DNA of 64,000 bases, taken from IMG/VR virus record IMGVR_UViG_3300025918_000012, positions 4,799-68,798 of that record; one strand, given 5' to 3'. This DNA comes from a virus. Taxonomy: Duplodnaviria > Caudoviricetes. The notes under the pieces were generated by a model, which saw nothing but the letters and a program-made list of their open reading frames with translations, was not told the DNA's origin and searched no databases. This document shows, piece after piece, positions 19,637 through 28,236 of this stretch (position 1 is the stretch's first letter; the number at the start of each line of letters is the position of its first letter). Position numbers and translations under genes: made by a program.

Positions 19637-20208
19637 CCGAAGACGAGTTCGAGGTCGTCGCGAACGCCATCGTGCAGGGCTGGCAGGGCGAGTGGTCCGA
19701 GGACCGGGCCGACGCCTACCGAGTGTTCCTGCTGCCGCTGCCGCTGCCGGACGTGCTGGCGGCGCTGTCGAAGCTCGCGGAGGGCGGCTCCCCGTGGCTG
19801 CCGACGGTGCCGGAGATCGTGAAGGCGACCCGTGACGTGCAGGACGAGGCCGTGCCGTCGTGGCGCGAGGCGTGGCGGGCGCTGCGGGCCGCGATGCGCT
19901 GCCGCGACGAGGAGGCCGCGTACGCCCTGCTGAACGACGTCCACCCGGTCGTGGCGCGCTTCATGACCGCGTGCGGCGGCTGGCAGGCGATGCGTCTGGT
20001 CCCGTTCGACGACGAGCAGTACGGCGCGCTCCGCGTCCGGGAGCTTCGCGAGGACTGGACCGAGTTCGTTGCGGTCGCCCGCGAGCGCCTCCGGCGCGGG
20101 CGCGCTCTCGACGCCGCGCAACCGCGCGCGCAGATCGGTCCGCGCAAGCTCGACACGCACGCGCTCGTGGACGGTCTGCGGCCCGCGCTTCCGTCCGGGG
20201 ACGAGTAG
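19633..20208 (+). CDS. helicase loader/inhibitor-like (G39P-type) protein
   Basis: Follows the initiator; W...L..L....V.AA.......S.W.PT..EI. Confidence 0.6.
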   Translation: MTEDEFEVVANAIVQGWQGEWSEDRADAYRVFLLPLPLPDVLAALSKLAEGGSPWLPTVPEIVKATRDVQDEAVPSWREAWRALRAAMRCRDEEAAYALLNDVHPVVARFMTACGGWQAMRLVPFDDEQYGALRVRELREDWTEFVAVARERLRRGRALDAAQPRAQIGPRKLDTHALVDGLRPALPSGDE

Positions 20209-20219
20209 ACCATGACTGC

Positions 20220-20780
20220 GTGGAGACCCTGTTCGACGTCACCGAGCCGCGCGAGCGCCTTGAGCCGGTGATGATCGAGCAGGTCGGCCAGTGCTTCTTC
20301 GAGGCCAAGCCCTGCGGCCGGTGCGGTAAGCCGAAGTCCAACCGGGTCCACACTCCGAAGAAGACCGCGACCTGCGTCTTCCAGGCCAAGCGCGGCTGCG
20401 CGCGGTGCGGCCGGAACAAGGGCGACGTCGCGCACTTCGGCGCGCCGGAGAGCTTCAACTACCTCGCCGGGCGCGACCCGAAGGTCTACCGGGCGAAGAT
20501 CGAGCAGTGGAAGGCCCTCCTGTTCGATCTGCTGGCCGCGAGCGACCTCCCGAAGGGGTTGACCCACGTGCTCGTGGAGGGCGAGGTCAGCTTCGGCGAC
20601 AGCCGCAAGGGCCGCGATCAGGGCAACCACCGCGTCCTCGTCGAGAAGGCGCTCGGCGACGCGCTCGTGACCGGCGGTTGGCTGCCGGACGACACGTGGG
20701 ACCATTACGAGTTCGGCGGCTTCGCTCGGGTCGAGGAACCGGGCGTATCGGCTGTCCGCCTGATGCTGTTCCCGACCTAG
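20220..20780 (+). CDS. rusA: RusA-like Holliday junction resolvase with N-terminal Cys motifs
   Basis: RDQGN..V..K.L.DAL..GGWL.DD; start 20220 or 20271. Confidence 0.65.
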   Translation: METLFDVTEPRERLEPVMIEQVGQCFFEAKPCGRCGKPKSNRVHTPKKTATCVFQAKRGCARCGRNKGDVAHFGAPESFNYLAGRDPKVYRAKIEQWKALLFDLLAASDLPKGLTHVLVEGEVSFGDSRKGRDQGNHRVLVEKALGDALVTGGWLPDDTWDHYEFGGFARVEEPGVSAVRLMLFPT

Positions 20781-20797
20781 CTTCCGATCAAGGAGAG

Positions 20798-20830
20798 GGC
20801 GGGCGCGCGGTTGGTCCCGCGCGCCCCGCC
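20798..20830. terminator. GC-rich hairpin between convergent operons
   Basis: GGCGGGCGCGCGG-TTGGTC-CCGCGCGCCC(C)GCC. Confidence 0.6.
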
Positions 20831-20832
20831 TC

Positions 20833-21072
20833 TCAGCCGATCACGACCGCGACGAGCGCGGCGTCCTTGTGCTCCGGCGTCACGTGCCACGTCACGCTGT
20901 CGCGGTGGCAGACGTTCGGGCCGCCGAGCAGTTGGCAGGGCGGCTCGGCCAAGTACAGCGCCGCGATGACGTGCCCGCCGAACGGGTGCTCGACGGTGAT
21001 GTCGGTGCCGTGGCCCGGCGGGAACTGGACACGGAGCGCGCGGGCCACGGGCAGGCTCGCCGGGTCGATCAC
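20833..21072 (-). CDS. hypothetical protein
   Basis: GTG overlaps the upstream TGA; last gene of the leftward operon. Confidence 0.5.
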   Translation of the reverse strand: MIDPASLPVARALRVQFPPGHGTDITVEHPFGGHVIAALYLAEPPCQLLGGPNVCHRDSVTWHVTPEHKDAALVAVVIG

Positions 21073-21203
21073 AGCTTCCGTACGGCCATCACGATGCACC
21101 ACCCGGCGAAGACCGCCATGAGCACCATGATGACGACGATGATGGCGAGGACGTCATGGGAGTCGAGATGGGCGAGGATGTCAGAGAGAGGGGTCATGGT
21201 CAT
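21069..21203 (-). CDS. small single-pass membrane protein
   Basis: VLAIIVVIMVLMAVFAGWCIVM hydrophobic helix. Confidence 0.5.
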   Translation of the reverse strand: MTMTPLSDILAHLDSHDVLAIIVVIMVLMAVFAGWCIVMAVRKL

Positions 21204-21204
21204 A

Positions 21205-21277
21205 TGCCCCCGGCGAGGATCGAACTCGCGACCTCGGGCGGTGCAGGCCCGTGCTCTTTCCACTGAGCTACGAGGGC
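21205..21277 (-). tRNA. tRNA-Cys(GCA), atypical C37/C38, no encoded CCA
   Basis: GCCCTCG TA GCTC AGTGGAAA GAGC A CGGGC CTGCACC GCCCG AGGTC GCGAG TTCGATC CTCGC CGGGGGC A. Confidence 0.9.
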
Positions 21278-21513
21278 TGAGAAGTGCGAAGGGGGCCGCG
21301 TCGCACGCTTGGCCCCCTCCGGCTTGCCGTCCAACTACCGACGGCGCGCTACTCCCACTCGGGCAGGACCGTCGGCGTCATCACCGGGGTCCTACGCGGG
21401 CGAAGATCGCGCGGCGGCGGCTCGTACCCGCCTTACGTCCTCCGGGTCATTGTGTGACCCTCCCTGTCGTGGGTGGACTCGTGCAACGACGTGGACATTA
21501 TCTCACGCCGCAG

Positions 21514-21586
21514 TTCCGGGAGAGGGCCTCGAACCCCCGCCTCGCGATAAAGAGTCGCGCGTGCTGACCACCTACACCATCCCGGA
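21514..21586 (-). tRNA. tRNA with CTT (Lys) anticodon, U37, U1-A72 and Gln-like D-arm
   Basis: TCCGGGA TG GTG TAGGTGGTCAG CAC G CGCGA CTCTTTA TCGCG AGGC GGGGG TTCGAGG CCCTC TCCCGGA A. Confidence 0.8.
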
Positions 21587-22012
21587 AGGAGTGCCCATGA
21601 CCTCGCGGATACGTTCGCGGATCGCATCGGTCTCGGCGGCGCGGGCCGTGCGCTCCTCCTCGTCCTGCTCGCGGTCGCGCTCGCGCCTCTGGCGCTCCTC
21701 CTCGCGGTCGCGCTCCTCGGACTGGCGGCGGCGCTCCTCGGCCCGCTCGTCGGCCTCGACCTTGATCCGGGCGAGGTTGTCCTCGTGCTCGTTGAGGGCC
21801 TCGACCGCCGCCTCGGCCTTCTTGATCTCGGCTTGCAGCGCCTCGTCGAACGGGACGTCCGGGTTCTTCGTGTTCCGCCGGGCGTAGCCGACCTGCGCGA
21901 CAGGGTGGCGGACCTCGCCGTTGAAGATCTCAACGACGAGGCCACCCTTGTGCTTGCGCGAGGAGGGCGGTGACGCGAGCGGCGTGCAGATCACCGTCCA
22001 CTCGTGCTTCAT
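21572..22012 (-). CDS. hypothetical protein with coiled-coil tail; paralog of 22383-22691
   Basis: W.V.C.P...GG.VV...NG.....VA.V...R.N.KNP...F.E.L shared; 3' end overlaps the tRNA 5' end. Confidence 0.65.
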   Translation of the reverse strand: MKHEWTVICTPLASPPSSRKHKGGLVVEIFNGEVRHPVAQVGYARRNTKNPDVPFDEALQAEIKKAEAAVEALNEHEDNLARIKVEADERAEERRRQSEERDREEERQRRERDREQDEEERTARAAETDAIRERIREVMGTPSGMV

Positions 22013-22386
22013 TCGGCGGTCGGCTCCTTCTGGTCGCCGTTGGCGAGCTTGCGGAACGCCTTCTTGAGGTCGTCCACCGGCGCGCTGCGCTGGCCCTCCG
22101 TGTCGTCGGCCCGCAAGTACGGGATCGACTGCTCCATGTAGAGGTTGCCCTCGGCGGTCCGCACCGAGAAGGGCCGGGCGTCGCCGTCGGTGAGCGTCAG
22201 CCACACGTCCGGGGCGTCGGCGAGCGCGTCGATGCACGCCAGCACGTGCGACAGGTCGTCGTCGCTGAACCGCCGGTACTCGCCGCACGGGAACGTGACC
22301 GTGTTGCTGCCGTTGTCGCGGCGGATCTTGATGACCCCGCCGTCGGCGTCGTCCTGAATGGCGTACTCCGTGACGCGCAGGCTCAC
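22009..22386 (-). CDS. hypothetical protein
   Basis: GTG start overlapping the neighbour's stop. Confidence 0.55.
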   Translation of the reverse strand: MSLRVTEYAIQDDADGGVIKIRRDNGSNTVTFPCGEYRRFSDDDLSHVLACIDALADAPDVWLTLTDGDARPFSVRTAEGNLYMEQSIPYLRADDTEGQRSAPVDDLKKAFRKLANGDQKEPTAE

Positions 22387-22691
22387 AACATCCCCCCGTC
22401 GCTGACGGACTCGTTCAGGACCTTCACGGACTCGCGCGCCCTGTCGAGCACGGACTTCAACTGCTCGGAGAACGTGATCTCCGGGTTCTTGCTGTTGGCG
22501 CGGGAGAACGCGACGCGCGCGACCTCCTGCTTGGTCGAGCCGTTCGCGACGAACACGACCATCCCGCCGCTGTTGCGGCCCTGCACCTGCCCGACCTGCG
22601 TCCCGGCGGACGGATGCCCCTGCGGCAACTCCTCCGGCGGCAGATGCGCGTTGCGGCCCTCCGGCTCGCACACGACCTTCCACTTCGTCAT
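22383..22691 (-). CDS. hypothetical protein; paralog of 21572-22012
   Basis: AAGGAG RBS; shared motif as above. Confidence 0.65.
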   Translation of the reverse strand: MTKWKVVCEPEGRNAHLPPEELPQGHPSAGTQVGQVQGRNSGGMVVFVANGSTKQEVARVAFSRANSKNPEITFSEQLKSVLDRARESVKVLNESVSDGGML

Positions 22692-23185
22692 GCGTCTCCT
22701 TCGTTCGTGGTGCCGTCCGGGTACAGGACCAGCACCGGGATCTTGCGATGCCGGGCGTAGCGGACCTCGGGCCACACGCCCGCGATCTTCTGCTCCGGCT
22801 CGTAGGTCTGCGCGGGGGCCGCGACGATCTCGTTGACCGCCGCCACGACGTCGCGCAGCGACTCCTCCATGTGGAACACGCCCGGCGCGAGGCCGAGCTT
22901 CACGGTGCGCGTGGCGTGAACCTCCTCCGCGCGCGCACACCGGTCCCGCAGCACGTCCAACTGCTGCGGGGTCACCCCCTGCTCGCCGATCAGCAGACCC
23001 ACGATCCTCGGATCGGGAGCCTCGGCCTTGCGGCGCTCGCGCTCGTCCTGCGCCCGGCGGCGCTCGGAGGGCGTCAAGTTCTCGTCGTTGGCCCACACCG
23101 CGAGCCACTTGTCCAGCGTGTTCGGGGACTCCATCTGGCGGCGCTTCTTCGGTGGCCGGGCGGGGACCTCGATCTCCTCCGTCAC
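22688..23185 (-). CDS. degenerate SLOG-like protein
   Basis: C-terminal DVV..VNEIVAAP...AGVW..VRYAR..KIPV.V.YPDG resembles the SLOG C-terminus. Confidence 0.45.
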   Translation of the reverse strand: MTEEIEVPARPPKKRRQMESPNTLDKWLAVWANDENLTPSERRRAQDERERRKAEAPDPRIVGLLIGEQGVTPQQLDVLRDRCARAEEVHATRTVKLGLAPGVFHMEESLRDVVAAVNEIVAAPAQTYEPEQKIAGVWPEVRYARHRKIPVLVLYPDGTTNEGDA

Positions 23186-23760
23186 GAGGGCACTCGCAGC
23201 CGGTCGAACAGGGCCGTCATCGCGCGTTCGAGGTCGTCCAGCGCCGCGCGCATCTCCTCGCTCGGCTCCTCGGGGATCCGCTCGGCGAGGCTCTGCATCA
23301 TCGTCGCGAGCCTGCGGACGGTCCCGAGCGTGGTGCGGCCCTCGCGCGCGCGAGGCTCCCGCCGGACCGGTCCCACGAAGTCCTTGAGCATCACGGTGTC
23401 CTTGTCCTCGGTCAGCTTCTCGACCGTCTTGTCCGTGGTGCCGTAGTGGTTCTGCGCGAGCAGATGCAGGTGCGGCGCGAGTTCGGTCACGCGCTGGTCG
23501 GGCGGGAAGCGCTTCGCGGCCCGGCGCAGCAACGCCACCCACGACTCGCTCACGCCGATGTCCTTCGCCAACTCCTCGACGGACACGCCGTCGGCCATGC
23601 CCGCCTCACCGAACTGGCCCCGGTTGACGACCCTCACCGAGAGCAGCAGGTCCGCCAGCGCCCACGTCGTCTCCGAGCGCTTGCTCGTCTGGACGCGGAT
23701 GTCGGCGACCTTCGCCTTGGCGTCGTCGATCAGCTTGTCGTACTTCTCCTTGTCCATCAT
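23182..23760 (-). CDS. HTH DNA-binding protein
   Basis: SVEELAKDIGVSESWVALLRRAA HTH. Confidence 0.65.
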   Translation of the reverse strand: MMDKEKYDKLIDDAKAKVADIRVQTSKRSETTWALADLLLSVRVVNRGQFGEAGMADGVSVEELAKDIGVSESWVALLRRAAKRFPPDQRVTELAPHLHLLAQNHYGTTDKTVEKLTEDKDTVMLKDFVGPVRREPRAREGRTTLGTVRRLATMMQSLAERIPEEPSEEMRAALDDLERAMTALFDRLRVPS

Positions 23761-23963
23761 CGCCTCCGACCGCCGGTCTGGTCGGCCGAGTGCCACCCCT
23801 TGCACCGGCCGCACTGCTTCGCGCCCGGTCCGGCCTCGGCCTTGGTCCGATAGCGCCTGCCGTAGATGGGGCATTCGCCCACGTTGCCCTTCGTCGCCGA
23901 CCGGGCCGCGCCCTTGCCGCCCTTCGTCCGGCTCGAAGACCTGCCTTCACGTGACTTGCTCAT
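23757..23963 (-). CDS. small basic Zn-binding protein
   Basis: GAAGGAG RBS; Lys/Arg-rich; C..GRRY...C..C.GWH. Confidence 0.5.
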   Translation of the reverse strand: MSKSREGRSSSRTKGGKGAARSATKGNVGECPIYGRRYRTKAEAGPGAKQCGRCKGWHSADQTGGRRR

Positions 23964-23979
23964 TGCTCTCCTTCTTGAG

Positions 23980-24056
23980 GGGACCTGACGGGACTCGAAC
24001 CCGCACACGACGAGGGATAACCGCCTCCGGCTCTACCGCTTGAGCACTACAGGCCC
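23980..24056 (-). tRNA. atypical or degenerate tRNA, GTT (Asn)-like anticodon
   Basis: GGGCCTG/CAGGTCC acceptor, GCTC..GGTA.GAGC D-arm, GCGGG TTCGAGT CCCGT T-arm; 2 extra nt before the D-arm; mismatched anticodon stem; loop CGGTTAT (G33). Confidence 0.6.
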
Positions 24057-24065
24057 ACGTTGTTG

Positions 24066-24452
24066 CTACTCCCACTTCTCGGCGGCAGCGCCCTGCGTGA
24101 GCACCTTCGCCGCCGCCGCGTTGTGGAACTCCTCGGCCTTGTCGCCCCGCAGGAACCGCCGCGACTCCACGACCTCGCCCTGCTCGTGGACGCGGACCTC
24201 GTAGCGGTAGGCGACCTCGGCCTCCTTGGCTTGGTTCGCCTGCTCCAAGAGCTTGCGGAACGCCGGGGTCTTGATCCCGTCCATGAGGTCCCGCGTCTCG
24301 ACGTAGAGGTTGCTCGTGGGATCCCCGGTGCGCTTCACGAGCCGCAGGTCGATCCACCGGCGGGGGCGCTCCGCGACGCGCATGGCGCGGGCGTAGCCGA
24401 GCCGGTAGCAGGCGAAGCCGAACACGGCGAACAAGACGAGCAACAGGGTCAC
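24066..24452 (-). CDS. membrane-anchored hypothetical protein
   Basis: N-terminal LLLVLFAVFGFACY helix. Confidence 0.55.
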   Translation of the reverse strand: MTLLLVLFAVFGFACYRLGYARAMRVAERPRRWIDLRLVKRTGDPTSNLYVETRDLMDGIKTPAFRKLLEQANQAKEAEVAYRYEVRVHEQGEVVESRRFLRGDKAEEFHNAAAAKVLTQGAAAEKWE

Positions 24453-25060
24453 TTGGTCTTCCTCTGTGTCTTCTTCGTGTGGGACTTGTCCTTGTGCGGC
24501 AACTCGGCGGCGTGCTTGTTGCCGCTGGTCTTGAACGCGCCGTCTTGGATGAAGTCGTCCGCCCGGCGCATCGCGTCTGCGGCCCGCTGCATCCCCATCG
24601 ACTTCGCGCGCGCCTTCTGGCGGTCGCGCTCGGCGCGGTCCATCTTGGCCTGCTGCATCCGCTCCCACGCGCGGTCGCGGTTCTTCACCCGCAGACGCGC
24701 GCCGCCGGTGCCCTGCATCAGGTTCCGCCGCTGCGTGTTGTCCACCAGCCGGACCGGCAGGCCCCTTGCCGGGGCCTCCGCGTAGCAGCCCGGCGTCGCG
24801 AGCCACTCCGGCGTCATGGTCGCGTGGACCTTCGGGCCGGGCGGCAACGGCTTGTAGTGGTAGATCTGCTCGCGGGGACCCGTGCCGTTGATCGAGTCCC
24901 CACTGTCCTCGATGATCCCGTGCCAGAGCGCGGCCTTCACGAAGCGGGAGGCGACCTCCTGATGGACCGCCATTGCGTCGGCTAGATCGGACGGCGTGAA
25001 GATGTTCAGCCACCTGATCCACATGCGTGCCTCGGCGTAGGTCGGTCCATCGGAGATCAC
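24449..25060 (-). CDS. winged-HTH protein with basic coiled tail
   Basis: FTPSDLADAMAVHQEVASRFVKAALWHGII; GGAGG RBS. Confidence 0.6.
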   Translation of the reverse strand: MISDGPTYAEARMWIRWLNIFTPSDLADAMAVHQEVASRFVKAALWHGIIEDSGDSINGTGPREQIYHYKPLPPGPKVHATMTPEWLATPGCYAEAPARGLPVRLVDNTQRRNLMQGTGGARLRVKNRDRAWERMQQAKMDRAERDRQKARAKSMGMQRAADAMRRADDFIQDGAFKTSGNKHAAELPHKDKSHTKKTQRKTK

Positions 25061-25077
25061 TCTCAGCCCTCCACTCC

Positions 25078-26625
25078 TCAGACGGGATAGCCCGCGCGAC
25101 GAAGGCGCGTTCGGTCGTTGAGGACGCTACGTGAGCTACCGGGCGTCGCCGAGATCAGCACCCGCTGCTTGCCCGTGATCTTCACCGCGAAGTGCCCGTT
25201 CGCCGCGTGCGCGACGTCTGCGCCCTCGGCGACCAGCTTCGCGATCAGCGCATCGACCTCCGGGTTCTTGGCCTTCACGCGCCCGCCGGTGCCCGGCACC
25301 GGAGCGCCACCGCTGCCGGAGGGTGCCTCGACCGGCCGCCGCGCGGCGTCGAGCTTCGCCGCTGCGCCGGGATCGGTCGGCTTGCGGTACTCGAACATCC
25401 GCATATCCGACGACGGCGACTCGTCGCTGACGATCTCCTTCGCGACGAGGGCCTCAAGGCAGCGCAGCGCCAGCGCCGGAGACATCTTCGTCTCCTCGGC
25501 TGCCTTGTGCTGGTTGAACGCCGTGCCCACCGGCTGCTCGCGGACCCATGCCTGCATCCGCGCGACCGCCTGCGGGTTGACGCCGACCTCCGGCTCCGGC
25601 AGCGGCGGCTGCGCGTCGATGGCCTCCTTCGCCTCACGCGCCTCCGGCTCCGCGACCGGCCGGTCGGCCGTCTGGTTCATCTGGTCCAGCGCGTGAAGCG
25701 CGACGCGCATCGGCTTGCCCGGCTTGGCGGGCTGGCCCGCCGGGATCCACCGCTTACGGCGGTCGGCCTTCTCCTGCACGATCAGCCCGGCCTCCCGCAG
25801 CTTGCGGAAGTGGCTGCCCACCCGGTTGTCGTGCGCGGAGTTGTCGCGCTCCCCGTAGATGACCTCGGCGATCTCACCGGCGAGGCTGTTCGGGTGGTCG
25901 GCCAGCGCCAGCATGATCCGGTGCTGCAACTCGGCGGTCTTGATCCGCGACTTGAGCGGCCCGCCCTCCTGCGCGGCGGGCAGGTAGCGCAGGTACTCCG
26001 GCACTGCCTCGATCCCCGGCCACGTCGGCTTGCGCCGTACGGCTCCGTCCTCGCGGACGTAGGTCTCCTTCGGCTCCGGCTCCTTCGTGACCGGCTCGGC
26101 CGGGGGCGGCGTCGGGGTCTGCCCGGCGAGCTTGAAGCCCTGCTCGGTCTTGATAACCCGGTCGCCGAGGTAGTCGAGCGCCTCGCGGAGGTTGGCCGCG
26201 TAGACGTCCGACTTCTTCATCAGGTCGTTCCAGCGCAGCGGTCCGGCCGCGAGCGCCTTGAGGACCGCATCGGCGCGCTCGCGCACGACGTCCGGCTCGG
26301 TGACCTTCGGCTCCGGCTTGCGCGTGACCGGCACGTCGATCTCCGGCTCGCGCTCCGCTACCTCGACCTCGCCGTGCGGCGTGACCTTGAGCGGCGGGGC
26401 CTTCGGCTCCGGCTTCGGGGCGACGGGCGGGGCGACGGGCGGTCCGGCGTACGTGCCGGGGAACGCGGTGTCCGGGATCTCCTCCCCGGTCAGGGCCGCG
26501 AGCGACGCGACGAGCTTGCCGCGCTCGGCCAGCAGGTCCGCAACCCGCTGGTTCAGTTCATCGTCGATCTCGCCGATGCGCTCGCGCGTGGCGGCGACGA
26601 TGGCGGTGAGGTCGAGCGGACTCAT
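25078..26625 (-). CDS. multi-winged-HTH protein with C-terminal HicA-like domain
   Basis: Three wHTH-like segments; C-terminal L.AEG..V....NGHF.V..G....ISATP.S.RS..N.R..LRRAG. Confidence 0.65.
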   Translation of the reverse strand: MSPLDLTAIVAATRERIGEIDDELNQRVADLLAERGKLVASLAALTGEEIPDTAFPGTYAGPPVAPPVAPKPEPKAPPLKVTPHGEVEVAEREPEIDVPVTRKPEPKVTEPDVVRERADAVLKALAAGPLRWNDLMKKSDVYAANLREALDYLGDRVIKTEQGFKLAGQTPTPPPAEPVTKEPEPKETYVREDGAVRRKPTWPGIEAVPEYLRYLPAAQEGGPLKSRIKTAELQHRIMLALADHPNSLAGEIAEVIYGERDNSAHDNRVGSHFRKLREAGLIVQEKADRRKRWIPAGQPAKPGKPMRVALHALDQMNQTADRPVAEPEAREAKEAIDAQPPLPEPEVGVNPQAVARMQAWVREQPVGTAFNQHKAAEETKMSPALALRCLEALVAKEIVSDESPSSDMRMFEYRKPTDPGAAAKLDAARRPVEAPSGSGGAPVPGTGGRVKAKNPEVDALIAKLVAEGADVAHAANGHFAVKITGKQRVLISATPGSSRSVLNDRTRLRRAGYPV

Positions 26626-26900
26626 GCCGCAAGCTCCCGCCAGCCCGTGAGGGCCGCGTCGTCCTGCTCCTCCACGACGAGCTTCTCCCCCTTGGCGACG
26701 AGTCGCGTGGCCGCGAACGCCTTCAAGCGGGCCTCGCCGTCGGTGGCGGCCATGACCTCGATGAAGTCGTGGGCCTCCAAAGCGCGGGCGAGGTAGTCGT
26801 CGGGAAGTGTTCCGTTGTGCCGCATCTTTTCCCGTGTCACCGGGTCAAGCGGAACGCGGACGACGCGCAGCGTGTAGGCACGCTCCTGCGTCTCCTGCAT
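26622..26900 (-). CDS. hypothetical protein, first gene of the leftward operon
   Basis: Promoter motif 26927-26939(-) and CCCGACCAATGGAGG RBS. Confidence 0.6.
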   Translation of the reverse strand: MQETQERAYTLRVVRVPLDPVTREKMRHNGTLPDDYLARALEAHDFIEVMAATDGEARLKAFAATRLVAKGEKLVVEEQDDAALTGWRELAA

Positions 26901-27048
26901 GTGGTCCTCCATTGGTCGGGTACGGCGTCCACGATCTTACACAGACCGGGAACCTAGCGTAGTCCACAAAGTTAGCAAACTGCGGTAGTATCCGGGGCGG
27001 CATCCCATGTGGGGGGATGACTCGACCGCGAAACGAAGGGCTGGAACC

Positions 27049-27378
27049 ATGCCGAGCAAGTCCAAGACGACGAAGACCACCGCCGCGAAGTCCAAGAAGC
27101 CGCCGAAGGTGTCCGCCCGCGAGGCGGCCGAGGTCGTGCTTCTTTCCGAGGGGCGTCCGATGCACTACCGCGAGATCTCGCGTGTGGCGCTCGAACGCGG
27201 CATCGTGGCAGTGCGGGGCGGCCGTCGGCCCAACCCCGACCGGACGACCAAGACGATGCGCTCGTACCTAGCGGACTGCGCGAAGCAGGACGTGAAGTTC
27301 GTCCGCATCGAACCGGGGGTCTTCGACCTCAAGGACCGCACGGCACAGTCCGAGCAGAAGACCGAAAGCGCCTCGTGA
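27049..27378 (+). CDS. HARE-HTH domain protein (RNAP delta-subunit N-domain-like)
   Basis: SAREAAEVVL..EGRPMHYREI....LERG...T.KTM...L....FVR..PG.F.L; Lys-rich N-terminus. Confidence 0.75.
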   Translation: MPSKSKTTKTTAAKSKKPPKVSAREAAEVVLLSEGRPMHYREISRVALERGIVAVRGGRRPNPDRTTKTMRSYLADCAKQDVKFVRIEPGVFDLKDRTAQSEQKTESAS

Positions 27379-27599
27379 ACGGCCTCGCTTTCGTCTTGTG
27401 CTTGGCCGTCGTGGCGTTGGGCCTCCTGATCGCGTACGCCAAGCGCCGCGATCAGGAGCAGCAGGACGCCGCCGACGACGCCGAGCAGGTCCGCGACGGG
27501 CAGCAGTCATGGCCGCTGGACCCGACCCTGCGCCACGCGCGCGAGGTCCGCAAGACGTTCGACGATCTCCCGTACCGAGGCGGGAGAGGATGGAAGTGA
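27375..27599 (+). CDS. small membrane protein
   Basis: N-terminal TM helix. Confidence 0.55.
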   Translation: MNGLAFVLCLAVVALGLLIAYAKRRDQEQQDAADDAEQVRDGQQSWPLDPTLRHAREVRKTFDDLPYRGGRGWK

Positions 27600-28009
27600 C
27601 CGAGACCAGATACGTCGGGACAGCGGAAGCCGCTGAGATCCTCGGCGTCGAAGTCCCCCGCATCACCCGCTGGCGTCGGTCGGGACGGATGCCCCCGGCC
27701 GTGAAGGAGTTGGCGGCGACCCCGGTGTGGCGGCGCGAGGATGTCGAGATCCTCGCGAAGCACGGCGAGTGGAAGGTGAGCCACACGCGCTCGGGCCGCC
27801 CGCCGAAGGAGAAGCCGTTCAACGGCACCGGGGAGGCGGCCGAACACATCGGCGAGATCCTCGGGCGGAAGGTGGACAAGTCGCAGATCGGGCGGTGGCG
27901 GCGCGCCGGGGTGTTCCCCGAGCCGTCGTTCCGTCTGCAAGCGACGCCGGTGTGGGAGGACAAGGCGCTGAACGCCTTCGTCGCGTCCCGCCCGGTGAAG
28001 GCCGCCTGA
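27590..28009 (+). CDS. tandem excisionase/AlpA-like HTH protein
   Basis: Two repeats of GT.EAAE..G......I.RWRR.G..P.....L.ATPVW. Confidence 0.75.
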   Translation: MEVTETRYVGTAEAAEILGVEVPRITRWRRSGRMPPAVKELAATPVWRREDVEILAKHGEWKVSHTRSGRPPKEKPFNGTGEAAEHIGEILGRKVDKSQIGRWRRAGVFPEPSFRLQATPVWEDKALNAFVASRPVKAA

Positions 28010-28044
28010 CGGCCCGGAGCGGCCGTTCGTCGCATCCGAAGGTG

Positions 28045-28094
28045 ATCGGCGGGCAGTAGCGGGCATTGACACGTCCGTTACATTGCCCGCCGAT
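28045..28094. promoter_or_regulatory. 13-bp inverted repeat enclosing TTGACA
   Basis: ATCGGCGGGCAGT ... ATTGCCCGCCGAT; TTGACA at 28066. Confidence 0.5.
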
Positions 28095-28236
28095 AACCCG
28101 ACGTTCCCGACCAAGGAGGTAGCGCCCACGGCCATTCCGCCGCGCCCTTGAAGTAGCCGACGTTGATCCGTCGGCGGTGTAGAGGGAGACCACGCGGCCC
28201 GCTGGACGATGCAGAAACCCGTCAGGGGAGTTACCC

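Noticed and set aside
21514-21586. Suppressor tRNA or alternative genetic code
   Set aside because: The anticodon reads CTT in a canonical 7-nt loop, and recognised genes are intact under code 11 with all three stops used as terminators.
27590-28009. Prophage excisionase implying an integrase/att site
   Set aside because: No tyrosine or serine integrase or att duplication was seen in the window; lifestyle cannot be determined here.
28095-28236. c-di-AMP (ydaO) riboswitch in the leader of the Rpf-like gene
   Set aside because: Only a fragment (AAACCCGTCAG) resembles the consensus; the GCTAACC and GGGGTGAA elements are absent. cmsearch with RF00379 would settle it.
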